54,764 bases of DNA. It comes from Hydrolagus affinis (taxonomy: Eukaryota). The stretch is from contig JAAILG010002410.1 in NCBI GenBank assembly GCA_012026655.1, forward strand, positions 1-54,764. The letters run 5' to 3'. Position 1 is the stretch's first letter. Each line of letters starts with the position of its first letter. The notes under the pieces are model-generated. The model was not told where the DNA came from. It saw nothing but the letters and a program-made list of their open reading frames with translations, and did no database searches. The position numbers and the translations under genes are program-made. Of the stretch, positions 10,804 through 24,900 are shown one piece after another.

Positions 10804-11253
10804 GAAAAAAGGATAATAAAGGAAATGGTGGCAAAATGAATAAGTAAAAATTAAAGTGAAACGGTTGAGTGAGCTGATTTACGTTAGTGTATGGGTGTAC
10901 TTGTTTCTGCTGAGCTTTGCTTGGCCAGCGCGTGCTTCAATTTCACGTGAGCCACAGGCCAACAATACCTTCTCAGCAGTTTAATGTGGCAATCTCAGTT
11001 TAGTGGTGCTGTCCTTTCAATGAGATGTTAAGCTGTCTGTTTGAATGACTGAATTAATCGTGGAGCACTGTGAAAGACATTTGCTTAATTATTTAGCTGA
11101 TTGTTAAAATAACACTGAGTCTGGGTCAGGAAACTGCCGATAAGTGAAGCAGAGGAATGTTAGTACACTAACATAAATCAGCTCGCTCAACCATTTCACT
11201 TTTAATTTTTACTTATTCATTTTGCCACCATTTCCTTTATTATCCTTTTTTTC
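10804..11253. repeat. ~88-bp inverted repeat (10804-10891 / 11164-11253) with a ~270-bp spacer
   Basis: GAAAAAAGGATAATAAAGGAAATGGTGGCAAAATGAATAAG...GTTAGTGTA reappears reverse-complemented with 3 substitutions and 2 single-base homopolymer indels. Confidence 0.92.
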
Positions 11254-12956
11254 AGCAAGAGGTTATCAAGACAGTTTTTTGTTTCTGTTAAATATATATT
11301 ATAACAACAACAAATTACACTTTATTGCTCCCTTCACGTCGGAAAGATGTCCCAGGACGCAGAAGTAATATTAAAGGTGGCTTTACACTGCTCTCTTATA
11401 ATGTTGGATTCCTCTCTATTTTCCCCGCCCTCCCCCATATATTTTTTTGTTTCTATCTCTCTATCTCTCTCTGCCTGAGGGTGCTGACTCACGCTGGGGT
11501 ATGGTTGCACAGGGCCTGAGCCAGGCACTACGTCAAGTGCGATAGTGACAACTCTCATTAGCTGCTTGGCTTTTTGCCTGAAACAATCCACTCCCCCTCA
11601 CGCCATGGGTGACCTTTCTTGTCAGGCCCTGACCACCATTTCTGTTTTGCTTCCCGCCTAACCCCAGTTTATGTGGAATCATAGAAACGTTAAGCATAGG
11701 AGACCATTCAATTTGACTTCCCTGTCTTAACCCCATTCCCTTTCGAACCTCTATGTTAAGGTCAATTGTAGCTGCCCTATCTGAGATGAGCTAACTCTAT
11801 AGAACTATGAATCTGTAACCTCATCTCTGTGGTTAGAGTCTTGCATGCTTACACAGTCATTTTGATTGTGACTTGTTCCCGGGTTTTCCCCATTTCTCGG
11901 GGATGCAAACACTAGTTTTTTTATTCCCCTTCCGCCACTAACACTCTGGGATACAATTGCCTATTGATACTATGAGGCTGTCAGCATGCTTGAGTTGGAA
12001 GGTGACGGTCAGAAGATTGTGTCTTCCAGTTCTAGGGTGGAGGTTTTTTTTAGGCTGATGTTTCAGTACAGTACTGGGGAAGCACTGTTTTGTTAGTGGT
12101 GCTGTTCTTTGAATAAGATGTTAAACTCCCCATCAGTGGGAGTTTAAGTTCCTGTGGCGACTGTAAGAGCAAATTTTTCCTGTGTCCTGGCCAGCATAGG
12201 CATTCATTTCATGGCTCAGTGGTTGACCTTGTTGACCTCTATGCAAAATGGCTGCTACAAAATAAGTCACTAGATCTAACAGCAATTGCTATAAAATGTT
12301 TGTGAAACGTTCTACATGATGAATATAATAATTTTAAGTCTTTTCCTCATCAGGCCCTGGTGAATATTATGTGAGCTTGGAACAATGGAAGCTGCACACT
12401 TGGGCCAGGGTCACTTGGTACTGTACATTGAAGGTGGTGTGTGTGGCCATTAAAGCATTTCTTCCCTGGGAAATGAGGTTAATTGTAGTGCTTCCTTCCA
12501 CTATCTGGTTCAGCCATTATCAGAGCTAGGCATAGTTTCACTTGGGCCTTCCTACCCTAAAACACTCAACATCATTTACCTCTCAGCCACCAGGAGATTG
12601 CAGTTCAGAATGTGATGTTTTATTGGACCATTGTGCAAGACAAATGATAACTTTCAGAATAATCATTGGTGAGAATGAGGTTCCAGGCATCAGATTGATG
12701 AGTGATGGGTTTATAAGACTTGAGGAATGTGTTGGTTTTCAGAAAGGTAGGAAAAACACATTTAACAGAACACTTTGGGATTAGTTGCCTCTGCTATAAT
12801 ATTTGTGTCTGGACCAAGGGCCTGCTGAGCATATTTCTTTTCAGAAAAATAAGTTGGTGACATTTATGTGGATTATAAATATGTGATTTTCTAAAGCTAG
12901 CTAATGTGCACTTGTACTGACATCTTCCTCACTTTCCAGGTGGATCAAGGTGAAAG

Positions 12957-12973
12957 ATGGCTGACAAGAACAG
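12957..12973 (+). CDS. NAP1L4: NAP1L4 start-codon exon (exon 12940-12973; MADKNS)
   Basis: tttccag| acceptor, AAGATGG Kozak context, AG|gtaagc donor; phase 2 matches the next exon. Confidence 0.85.
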
Positions 12974-15900
12974 GTAAGCTAGTTAGGTGAAAATGTATAA
13001 AATATATTCGCAACACCTTGCATTTATATTGCACATTTCACACAGGATAACGTCTCAGAGCATCGACAGCAGTAAAGGGCCAAGCTGTCCCCTGCGCTAC
13101 CACCATCCATCATTCTGACCTGCTCTCTGGAACTCGATCTCAGAATTCCTCCAAATTGCTCCCTCCCTCCACTCTTTCAGGGCCTATTTCAAATCTATTT
13201 ATTAGACTGTGCTTTTAGTCATCTTTTTTCCCCCCCTGCCCTCCTTGTGTCCCCTCCCCAGCTTAGGTGCCCAGCCAGCACTGTGAGTGCACTTTGCGAT
13301 GTCATCCATATGTGAAAGGCGCTATGTAAATTGTATTGTATAACTGTCTAATTGAATTACAGTGGGCATTGAGATGAGGTTTATATTACCATAAGAGTAA
13401 TCATAGTATTAAATAACAGTACTGAATGCTAGAGTCATTGGGATGAAAATAGTAAACAAAAACGCAAAATACTCCAGATGCTGGAAGTCTGAATATAATA
13501 CAGTAATAGTGATATAATAATACAATAATAATGGGATAATAATATCTTGATTTCCTATAGCTGAATGAAATTAGCTTGATGAACCATTGATCTCTGTTCA
13601 GACTTGATGTGGACAAGCAGTGACCAGCTAGACAGTTCATGCCCTGAATACATGATTTTCACCATGCATCAGTCACAATGGGTCATTAGAAGCAGAAACA
13701 AACAGCTCATTTTGTTAAAATCATGGTGCTGTGATGAACAGCAACAAAATTACATTTGTAAAGCGCCTTTCAGGTCCGGAGGACGTCCCAAGGTGCTGAA
13801 CTCACTATGTTTTTCTTCTATCTTCTGAGGACACTAAAATGCCAGCGTTGCTGGCAGCCCTTTGATTCATTATCAGTGTGGTCCATCTCGGTGTGAAGCA
13901 AATAGTAGCAGGTGATTCTGTCACTGTGCATCATGCGAGCGCCATCTTGTCCTGATTGGTAAGAGGTTACTGAGTAATAGTCAGCTTTGCCTGATGGTCT
14001 CCCTTTCCTAGACCAGAGCTCAATCACAGCCTTGGTCTGCTAACTCACCTGAAGTGGGGAACATTGCTGGTACACCAATTGTCTCCAGAGACATCCAGTA
14101 ATGTAGAAGGGATATTACTGTCTTCTGATCCGTGAAGACCTGACTTGAGTGGATTAGTCACAGCTGAACAGTGGCGGCCCTATTTTCCAAGAAATGTCTT
14201 GCCGCAGAAGGTAAAAATCTCAGAGCTAAAGTATGTGGTATTAACTACCACTTTTGGTGATATTATACGGTTATTTTATAACAGTGCATACCAGGGATCA
14301 GGCTTCGGATGTCTCTATATGTCTATCTTAATATAGCCTTTCAACCTCCTCCTCAACAACTTACATTTTATATATCTTAAGTTTTTACAAAATCTCTTTT
14401 GTTTCTTGTGCCATTCGTTCATGACAAGAATGTATTTGTGACTAGAATTGTTTTTCTAGTAATTTCTTCATGGAATTGATACAAATGAAGATTTGTCTGA
14501 TTTTAGTTTTGAAGATCAAAATTGTATAGGGTTAATCAGGGCTCCAGTCAGCCACCATTTTAATATTCAGTATTTTTAATATTCCAATTTGAATTTCAAG
14601 GAATTCAAATGGTGAATAGGTGAAATTGTTCAGTTCGGGGTAAGGAATGTAGAAATACCTGATTGTACCAGTCCTTCCCAATCCTTCATTTGTGAGGTTT
14701 TGATGGGCAGCCAGGCTCATAAACAGCTGTGAGGTTCATAACAACTTTGTGCTTTATATAGCGCTTTCATAAAGGGGACAGTCTGTGAGCGCTTCACAGA
14801 AATTGTGGAGGTGAGTTTACTTTTTGAGCCATGATGACAAGCTTAAACTTGTCTGGTTTGCCCTGAGGGATCAGTTTAGCTCTGAGAGTTGAAAGCTCTT
14901 TATTGATGGCACACCTAGTTGTTAATTCTGCAAATTGCATACTGCACGTCAGTACTTCAGAATGTTTCATTGACTGTATGGAGGGCTCCAGTTCAACTGC
15001 GGAGCTGGAAAAACAAATGAAGTGCAAGAGATTGTCAGCCCTAATGCCTAATAGCTGTCCTGTCAAATGCTTCACTCATGATTCATTTTCCCTTGCTGCT
15101 CCCACATCTCAATGTTCCTCTTTAGATTCCACTAGTTCCAACATTTTAGCTGCTGAGGACTAGGTGCCAGATTTGGTAAATGTCCGTTGGTTACATAAAG
15201 CAAAACTTTTGTTTCCCTTCCAGAAACATAACCCATAAGAATCATATAGAAATTCTCTATTTTCAATTGTGTAACTATTATTTAATTTCAGTGTAATTTA
15301 GTGACAATGCAAACTTCAAAAAGGTAATGTAAAAAAGATACAAATGTAAAACATATGGTCAATCAATCAAGCAAAACTTACATTTATATGGTACCTTTCA
15401 CGTCAAGAGGACATTCCAAGGCGCTGTACAGTTAGGTAGGGGCAAGAGCAGGGGGGATTGGGTCGGAGCAGGATGAAGAAGAGTAAGAATATTGACTGTA
15501 TATCTGTGGGCGAAACGCGGCAGCCAAATTGCGCACAGCAGTGTCCCACAAACAGTCATGGAAGTGGGATTAGGGGAAAAGGGGGGGAAAGATGGCAAGC
15601 GGAGGGGTCAGGGTAGTACATATATGCAAGAATAGTCATTAAATCCAGAATATACAGTGAAAGAATTAATTAAGTGAATTTAAATGCACCTAACTTAATA
15701 GCCTAACAATAACTAAACTAATGATAACACTGTGAAAAATGTTTTTCTTGTACTGGAGCTCCAATGCCATATTTTCCACAACTACCTGGCAATTGTTACT
15801 GAGACTTGTGCTTGAATAGTTTTAGAATTGCAAAATATGCAACAATACCTTTTTTAAAATACTGCTGCTGTATCTCTCTTCCTGTTGCTCCCTGTACTGT

Positions 15901-18900
15901 CTCACAAGGTTGTACAGGGCAGCGCATAAAGTGATGGGAAGACAGCGGAGTGGGAGCTGTGACTCATTCCTCCCCCTCCCGCATGTCTTCCCGTCATTTT
16001 CCGCTAACTCACCTGAAGAGATCCAGCAGATCAGAGGAATGGTCGGAATTGGTTCACGATCAACATTGAATCATTTTCCAAGCTGGCCCGCGGGTCGCCG
16101 ATGGGTCCACCCTGGATTAGTTTGTTTTCGTGCGGACACGGCATGTAAAATATGCCAGGATTATCATCAGTGATGTTGGGCTAAATCTGATGTTTGTTGT
16201 AATCTGCTGATCTCCATCCGCTGTGACCATTCTTTCTGTGTTTCAGTAAAGGAGATGATGGTAATGTAGAGCCGCTGGACAAGCACACGGCTGAAGGCAA
16301 AGGGAAAGGTACTATCCTCCTGAATGAAATTTGATGCGTGTAAATAGGGAACGTGGGCTGTACTTAACTCTCATGCCTTTAAATGAAAGAAGAGGGGGGA
16401 GAAAATGGAAATCGGAAGTGCAGGATTTCTTCCCTCTGGTGTACCTAGCTGACGTAGAGGCTGCTATCATTGAAGATCTGTTGTGATGGAGAATACTTTT
16501 ACTTTATCCTGGAAACTTAAACCGTCTGATTATAGACTATATGGGAAGTCCTGACGTGAAAGGTGCTATACAAGTGTAATTTTGTTGTGTGTGTGCTGAT
16601 GAGGAGCTGGCAGACAAATTCCAGGGCCACACCACAAGAGGAAACTAAACTAACAGTACTGTGGTTCGCACGTTAATGACTCATTCTCGTGCTGACTGTT
16701 TAACACCCGCAATTGTTGGGTTCAGCAGCTGTTCTCGGGCAGGCTGTATTGTCTCACTCCCCTTCCTGCAGCCAAAAGCGGTTCTAGGAACTCACACCAT
16801 TTACAGGATATTTTAAAAATTAATGGTAAAAACATAATTTGTTGAGTTTATTTTGTGTAATGTACAGAGTGACTCTTAAAGTGCCATTAACTCACTCAGT
16901 GGAGCTGTCAAAGTGTTTGAGTACTCTGAAGATTGCAGTGTTTTGCTGAAACAATATCTGAATCTGAGGCTCAGAACACTTACAGTGGCCAATACAAGAG
17001 GGTGCTCTCATCAAACCCAGGTTGCTGTGATCTCTCCTCCTGGCACACATGAAGTGTACATCACTGTACACAGGCCTTCCTGTTGAACCTTAGACTTGGG
17101 GTTTCATTTCCCCTGCCACATGAAACCCTGGCTAGATCTCTTCTATTTCTGACCTGCGTCACACTGTGGAAATCAATTACTATTTACCAATAATAGTCTT
17201 GAAAACTCATCGGTTACTTCTTACTTTCTCTGAAAAATAATCCAGGGCAATGTGTGATAGAGCCTCGACACTGGTCAGTGTTGATGCCTTTGAGGCAAGC
17301 TTGCTGATATTTAGCCAGGGTGCAAATAACTGTAGAATTGTATAAATTGAAGGCACGGATCACAGCGACGGTGAGAAGCTATATAGATCAGTTGTGTTCT
17401 TATATTTAGCCTGCTGTACATTGCTTTTAGAGATGTGGCAGGCTGTAAGGGGAAAGCTGGGGTGGATGGTGGTGGTGCCTGTAGCTGTTTGCTCCTCTAA
17501 TTGGGGGAGAAGTGGCTGATTGACAGGAGAGAAGAGTAGTTGGATTATTAGGTAGGAAGAGAGATGGGGTTGTTCTCCCAGGAGTGGTCTCAATGGGCTC
17601 TGGGTGTTGCTGTTCTCAGTATGAGACTGGGGGCTCCTTTGGTGCAGTTATTCTGACACTTTCTTTGAGTTTTGTTGTTGTTGCGTTACAGGAAAACTGA
17701 CAGCCCAGATGATGCAAAATCCACAGCTGCTGGCAGACCTACAGGAACGGCTTGACAATGTGGAGCACACTCCTTCCAGCTACATTGAAACGTGAGTGGG
17801 TGAATGATCGACTGAGAGACGAAACAAACTCCACAGCAAGAATTATGATTACAATACAATGCTCATTTACATTTCTATAGCGACTTTCACTAGAGCAGTG
17901 GTTCCCAACCTCAGGTCCCGACCCAAATCAGGGTCGCGGGGGTCCTCAGTTGGGTTGTGAAGAGTCATCAGAATTTTTTTTTTAAATGTTCAAAATGCTT
18001 TTTTAACGCTTAAAATTTTTTTTTTTTAAAAAGGGCCCGAGGGGACACCACCGACCAATTAGTATGAAAGAGCGTACTTACGAGTTGCACTGAGTCCAAA
18101 AAGAGACGGAGATAATGTTTTGGCTGAGCTGAGCTTCAGTCACGGTGTCACCCCGTAGTGGTGGGAGGACCGGTTGGAGGCTAATTTGGGTTGCAGCAAA
18201 CAAAAATTGGGTTGTGAGAACCTGTTGGTGATAATTTGGGTCGAAGCAAAAAAAAAGGTTGGGAACCACTGCGGTAGAGGATGTCACAGAAGTTCAGCAG
18301 CAATACTTGCGGAGTGTTTGTGGTTTTGCAGTGGATTGTTTGCAGGCTGCAGATACATTTATTAATGTATGAAATTATTAAAATTTCCAATTAGGAAAAT
18401 GAAGACCCTATAGTAGGTGTCTGCCCACTGCAGACAGAGGAACATTCTGCATGTGCTTTGGTAGGTGAGAAAGGTAATTGGGCAAAGAGAGCTGTAGACA
18501 GGGTGTGAGTAACTTAAGCTGCACAGAAGCAATAGAAGTAAACTGCTCTAGAGAAAGTAGTGTCTCATCTCCATTCTCATTGTCAGGCCTTGTGTATTGT
18601 GAGGAGCTGTTACTACTCTGTAATGTACTGTCAATGCCTTTTCACAGGAGCACAGTTACATGTCCCTAAAATCTACTGACACTCCTGTGGATGTCTCTGA
18701 GATGACTCTTCTTGGTATCTCTTTGCATGTGTGTGGGTTCATTTTCTGACTGAAAATCAACTTGCCCTGATGTATGACTCCACATTACCTTCAGGAGTGA
18801 ACACAACACAAAATACTGCAGATAAAACACAAAATACTGGAATAAAAACCGAAATGATATAATTAATAATTCTTGCATTTGATGCAGCGCCTTATTACAT

Positions 18901-21900
18901 CTACAAGACGTCTCAAAGTACTTCGTAGAATATACTGTAAAGTGAATTGACATTGAATAAGTTTCTGGAAACACTCAGCAGGTTTGGCAGCGTTTATGGA
19001 AAGTGGGGTAATGTTTCAGATCGATGATGAAAGAAGCCTGACCTGTTGACTGTTTCCAGCGACTTCTGATGAGAGATTGGTGGCCCCACATTGGGATTCG
19101 AGCTCACAGTCAAAGTGCAGGTGTCCAGGACTGTACAGCCTAATGTGTGCCTGCAGATTAGATGTCCCATCTGTCTGCTCAGGTGGACATTAAGGATCCT
19201 CTGAAACTATTCAAAAGAAGTAAGTAGTTTCCCCTGGTGACCAATTTTCACATAGCAGTGTCTCACAAACAGCCATAAAATGAGAAACATTGAAACTAGT
19301 TTCAATGTTTCTCATTTTATGGCTGTTTGTGAGACACTGCTATGTGAAAATTGGTTGCTTCATTTGCTAATCAAGTTACTTGGTACTGTTTCACCACAAC
19401 CGTAGTGTGAATTACGTAGGACCAGAGAGAGTGGTTAAAAGTTGATGTATCCTTAGCGCTTCTTTTTCACTGGTCACATAAACCGTCATTATGTGGCTAA
19501 CAGAATTAAGTTCTACAATATTTTTAAAAATAGCTTTGCAGTTTTCTAATTCATTTAACATCGTTGTATAAGACCTTAATTTTTTTATATTTAAAATATA
19601 TATTTATTAGTTTGCAACATATTTTCATCCCTGTGACGACACACTCCCAAAAATTATACAATCCCCACCGTGACAAGTGCTCAACTACTCTCCATCCGTC
19701 TTTCTACTCTCGCAAAAACTCTCCAAAACAAAATTCCACCTGCTTTGTGGAAACAAAATTCTGTTCGCATTACAAACATAAGACGCCTATTACTCAATTT
19801 CCAACCGTCATGCCCATTGGAAATTGGTTCCGGACGTTACCTTCCCCCCCCCATTCCCGTTATAGGACCAGGACCTCCTTGCTTCTCTACTATGCTGCTG
19901 CCTATATTTACAGGGAGCAGTTACAATTGGGCTAATCCCAACTCTGCCATCCTTCACATACCGGATGGCAGGCCAAATAAACCCCCACTCCGATGTTCCC
20001 CCCTTTATGGGGAGAGACTTCCCCAACAAACAAAACCATAAAGCATTTTGGGACACTCTGGTTACAGGTCCAGCGGCCCTTAACAAATGCTGAGCATAGG
20101 TACCCTGTTGGTGGCATTACCCTACTCACACATCAAGGGGTTGCTCTGGCCAGGATCATTCCCCATCTGGCCTTGGCCGAGTCCAACTCTAGCGCATCTC
20201 CGGTGATGTACTCCCTGACTCTTGCCATCACCAGTCTGTAGCAGGCCTTCATCGACCTATCTCCACACCTGAAAACCTCCCAGTTCTGGAAGACCCAAAG
20301 GCCTTCTTTTACCGCGTTGATGACCCTCCAGTTGCATTGGATGTCAGTCTCCTCATGCGTCCCCCGGGAAGAGGCCGTATAGCACAGGGTGCTTAGACAA
20401 CGGGACTCCCGGGATGAAGCGTGAGAGTAGCCACTCCGTCCTTTTCCACACCTCCCTAGCATAGGGACAATTAGGAACATGTGTTCCTCATTCTTACTGC
20501 CTCCGCAACCCTCCCGAGGGCAGCATTCAAACGGCCTTAAGCCTCTATAATGCTTAAAGGCCCGGAGAGGCAAAACTCGTTTAACTGCCATCCAAGCCAC
20601 ATCCTGGTGTTTGTTAGTTTAAAACCATAATCTTTTGCCACAAACCCTCATTGTGCTACAGAACATGCCTTAGCACAGGATAAGGTTGTGGGTTGACCTG
20701 TGGTTACTGCCGCCTTTATCTTTGGGGTGCATTCAGCTCATTATAACAGTAAAATGAGTAAAGTACCAAAGTTGATGGATGTTGCATAGAGCGATGCAGA
20801 GCTGATGTGCGCTGTGGTGCACAGTGGGGCTCAGTGTCTTTGAGCCAGATTGCTCCTACTGGTGACCCCTTAAACTACCTTATCAAATGAATAAGAAAGA
20901 AATACCTTGTATTTTACAGCAGCTTGTGTGTTGAAATGTCTCAAAGTGCTTTATGGTAATGACTGACAAGTATCATGACTGGTTCATAGTCAGCCATGAA
21001 GTGAACAACTGATTTTTAACCTGAGGATTGTCAGCCAGAATGCTTTTTTTGGTGGGGGTTTGGTCAGCTTGGTGCATGACATATGTGGAAACCCATCACC
21101 ATGCTTAAAGAGTATCAAAAAGAAGCTGAGAATTCCATGCATCCCACCTACATGTGGAAATTCCATAGATAGATTGTTGGAGTGTGGTGTGCACACTTCC
21201 TGGAGGAATCCATGCTGCTTACCTAATTTCGGAACACATTAGGCTAAGGTTAGCAAGAGCCAAAACCTGGGAACCCCAGTGTGTGCATTGAGGTAACTGC
21301 TGGAATCTGACCAGTTAAAATTACATAACTTTACATTGATATTGCTGTTTGGCATTGCTCCCCCAGCACTGTACTGCCATGTCAATCTAGTTGGTGAACC
21401 TGACATGGGGCTTGAAACTATAGTTTTTTGAGCTGGACGGACACAAGTGTGACTGACTGACTGACTAAAGCTGAAAGGGAAAGATATACACGAGGGTTGG
21501 AGTGAGGTTTGTTGACATTGGTGTACCATGAATTAAAGTGTTGAGTTTGCCGTGTTATTAATTGTTTTTTCTGTGTGTGCATTTCCTCCAGTTTGCCTAA
21601 AGTTGTAAAGAGAAGAATAAATGCTTTGAAGCATCTTCAGGTCACGTGTGCACACATAGAAGCCAAGTTTTATGAGGAAGTTCATGAATTGGAGCGGAAA
21701 TATGCAGCCCTTTACCAGCCATACTTTGAAAAGGTACCCACAACAGCAACAAAAATTACATTTATAAAAATTACCTACCTTTAAGCTTGTGTTGTCGCCA
21801 GGCTAAACCTGTCTGTTTAGATCACACTCTCTGGAGTAACAATTGTTACCTTTGTCAGTGCATATTCAATTGTCTGATCTGACTGTACCACGTAGACACT

Positions 21901-24900
21901 TACTTTGGCTTCAGGGTGTAAAGCAACAAAGGGGTTTACAGAAGATATCATTTTCACTGGTCAACAGCTGAGCGCAGAAGATTAAGATAGTTGGTGGTAA
22001 TAATAGTAACCTTATATTTGATATAGGGCTTTTCACATCTTCTGTAAGTCTCAAATCTCTTCACGGAATGTACTGTAATGTGAATTGTTTGTATTTGTGA
22101 GCGAAACGGAGCCAAGAGAGAGATAAATGCCTAGGACAGGGTCGGGTTGCTCGATCCCATTGACAACGATGATCCCATTGTTTTCTGTCTTTCTCCTTTT
22201 ATAGAGACGAGAAGTAATAACAGGGAGCGTAGAACCTGCAGACTCTGAGTGTGAGTGGCACAGTGACAAGGAGGAGGAGGAGGAGGAGCTGGCAGTGAGT
22301 CCCGATGTCCTACCCATAAAATTTAAACACTTATGAGGCTTCAGAAACACAGTGACCCATTCGCAGATAGTACAGTGTCTGCCCCCGCCTGCCCCCACCC
22401 CCTCGAGCTGAATGTTCTATTGAGAACATTGGAGATCTGACACTCTTGGAGACATTTGCTGGTGATGGGGTTGCTATGGTTTCAATGGTGCAGGATACTA
22501 ATAGTGAGGCTGCCGAGCTGTGCTGGTTTTACTGGCTTGTCGCTGCCTCCTGTTGGTTTACTTGTCCCTGGTTAGCCTTGACTGTCATTAATTCTATAAT
22601 AAAAATACTTGTATTTGATAGAGCACTTTATCACATTGTTGAATCATCTCAAAACACTTCACAGGATATACTGTAAAGCGGATTTGCTATGTTTTGTGGG
22701 CGAAACGTGGCAGCCAGTTACTCACAGAAGTGTCTCACAAACAGATAAATATGTGAGATGCAAATTGAATTCTAATTAGAAATCAAATAAGTGTATGAAA
22801 TTGCACTATTATGAGGACAGAGACAAATTTACAACATTTGTTGAATGCAGCAATGCACTTGCTACATGTAATATCCCAAGCCTTTGCTTATTTATTAATT
22901 ATCCTAGAAATCCAGTAGGTCAGCCCCCGCCTGACACACTTGATCTATGTATCCTGTGAGTGAGGGGCCTTTTGTAGCTCTGATGCTGGTTGAATGTCAT
23001 TGTAGAAAATATGAATTCAATCCCACTGCTCATGTAATCATTGTATTGCAACAGCATGGAACTAAAATAACCATCAGCCCAGCGTGTCTTCTCCTCACCA
23101 TAATTCTCCTCTTGTTCATTTTACCCTTTAATAATAATCTATTTCAAGTTGCTCTAACTCACCAAGAGTGGATGCACTGTGGTTTATAGTAGAGCATTGC
23201 ATGTTAAGAGCCCCCTTTTTTTGGCTAATGGACTGCAGAGTGGGGTTGTAACCTCCCTGACAGCTAGGAAATGTGTATGATTGATCACTGTCACACTGTT
23301 TGGGAAATCTTGAAATCCGTGAGCTTATTCTCCCAGATGTCTTGCTCCATGTAATGGAGGTTACCCAGCCCTGCTGTCCTGCCACCAGCACTGGGCGCAT
23401 GTGAGCAATCCTGTCCCCTGGTCAGGGCTGCAGCTCAGGAACCAGCTGGAGACGCTGCGCCAGAGTGCTGAGCTCCAGCAGCCACGCAATGAGCTTTCAG
23501 TCCAGCTGCAGCTAACCACTCTTCCAATTGTTTTGTATGGACAGGAAGAGATGAAAAAGAAAGCAACAGTAGAGGAAAATAAAGAGGGATCAGAGCAGGA
23601 GGAGAGTCCCAAAGGAATTCCTGACTTCTGGGTCACGATCTTCAGGAATGTAGACATGCTGAGTGAGCTGGTGGAGGTGAGGCCTTCGCTACCATGAATT
23701 TGTGTGTGTGTATAGTGATGTGTGTATAAAATCTTGTGTGTGTGTGTATGTTTGTAAGAATGGGTGGGCGGGAGTGTGTGTTTGTAGGAATGGGCAGGCG
23801 AGCGGGAGTGTGTAGGAATGGGTGGGTGTGTGTATAGGAGTAGGTGGGTGTGTGCATGTGTGTGGGTTCACGCACGTGTGTACAGCTGTGTGTAAAAGGT
23901 GGCTGAATCCTGATTGAAGTTGTCATCATTTTGCTGTTCTCTGCAGGAACACGACGAGCCTATCTTGAAGCACTTGCAGGATGTTCGTGTGAAGTTTTCT
24001 GAGCCCAATGAGCCGATGGTGAGTACCTGGTGCAGGTGATGTGAGCTGATGGTTATTTTACATTACAGTCTCTCTGATGAGCAGCAACTGTGCTCATAGC
24101 ATTTACTATAAAGAGTGATTGTATTTGTAAGTGAACGCAACATCTGATTTGGGCAGGAATATCCCACAAACCACCACTTTATAGCCAGTGTCAGTCTGGC
24201 TCAATGGTAGCATTGCCCTGCGGCATTGCAGTGCCAGCCTGGGTATGAGCAGTGCTGAGCCAGACTGATACCTGGCTGACTTAAGTGGTCTGAATCCTGA
24301 AAGTAATGCTCTGTTTGTCCACCCACCGTGATGATCGTGAGGCTGCCTGATCCATGGATGCCCTTCATCTGAATTAAATGATGGGATTCAATGAAAATTA
24401 TTCCTGTCCAATGAGTGTAGCTGCTATTAGCAATTATGCAGCTCTTTAGCACCATCTGTTGGGACCCGAAAAAATTGAAATTGCACTGTTCGTAACCTGT
24501 TGCCTGTGATCTCCACGCCTTGGGTTCCATTCCAGTGCCACAGTAAACCCCACTGGAACAAAGGGTAGGTGGTGCACACTGTAACCTAACCTTTTCCAGA
24601 GCTGGGAACATATGATCAGGGAAAGCTGTAAATGTATAACATCTCAAAATGTGGGTAGAGATCTGACAGTAGCAAACTTTTATACAGGAGTTGAGGGTGG
24701 GCAGGGAGCCAAAGTTAATGGACTCACATCAGCTCCCATTGATCTGATTCCAATGAAAGCTGATGCTTTGTACTGATCCACTATCACAGTTGGAGGGGAG
24801 GGAAAGCAGAGTCTGCTTGGAACTGTGCTGGCTTCCAAGGTGACGTGCTTCATAACAGAACATCAGAATTAAGTCTGCCCTCTGTGACAGTTTCTAGTTT

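Noticed and set aside
7129-12784. Short ORFs in NAP1L4 intron 1 as nested genes
   Set aside because: No recognisable domains or coherent splice structure; many start at TTG or GTG; consistent with decayed repeats and neutral intron
20133-20600. 155-aa Cys-rich ORF as a host gene
   Set aside because: Degenerate Tx1-like LINE ORF2 C-terminus
21430-21490. ACACAAGTGTGACTGACTGACTGACT, reminiscent of the human SNORA54 3' half
   Set aside because: Low-complexity (GACT)n with no SNORA54 5' hairpin upstream
24075-24147. C/D box snoRNA candidate (TGATGA...CTGA)
   Set aside because: The interior resembles a decayed SINE segment; no terminal stem or recognisable rRNA antisense element
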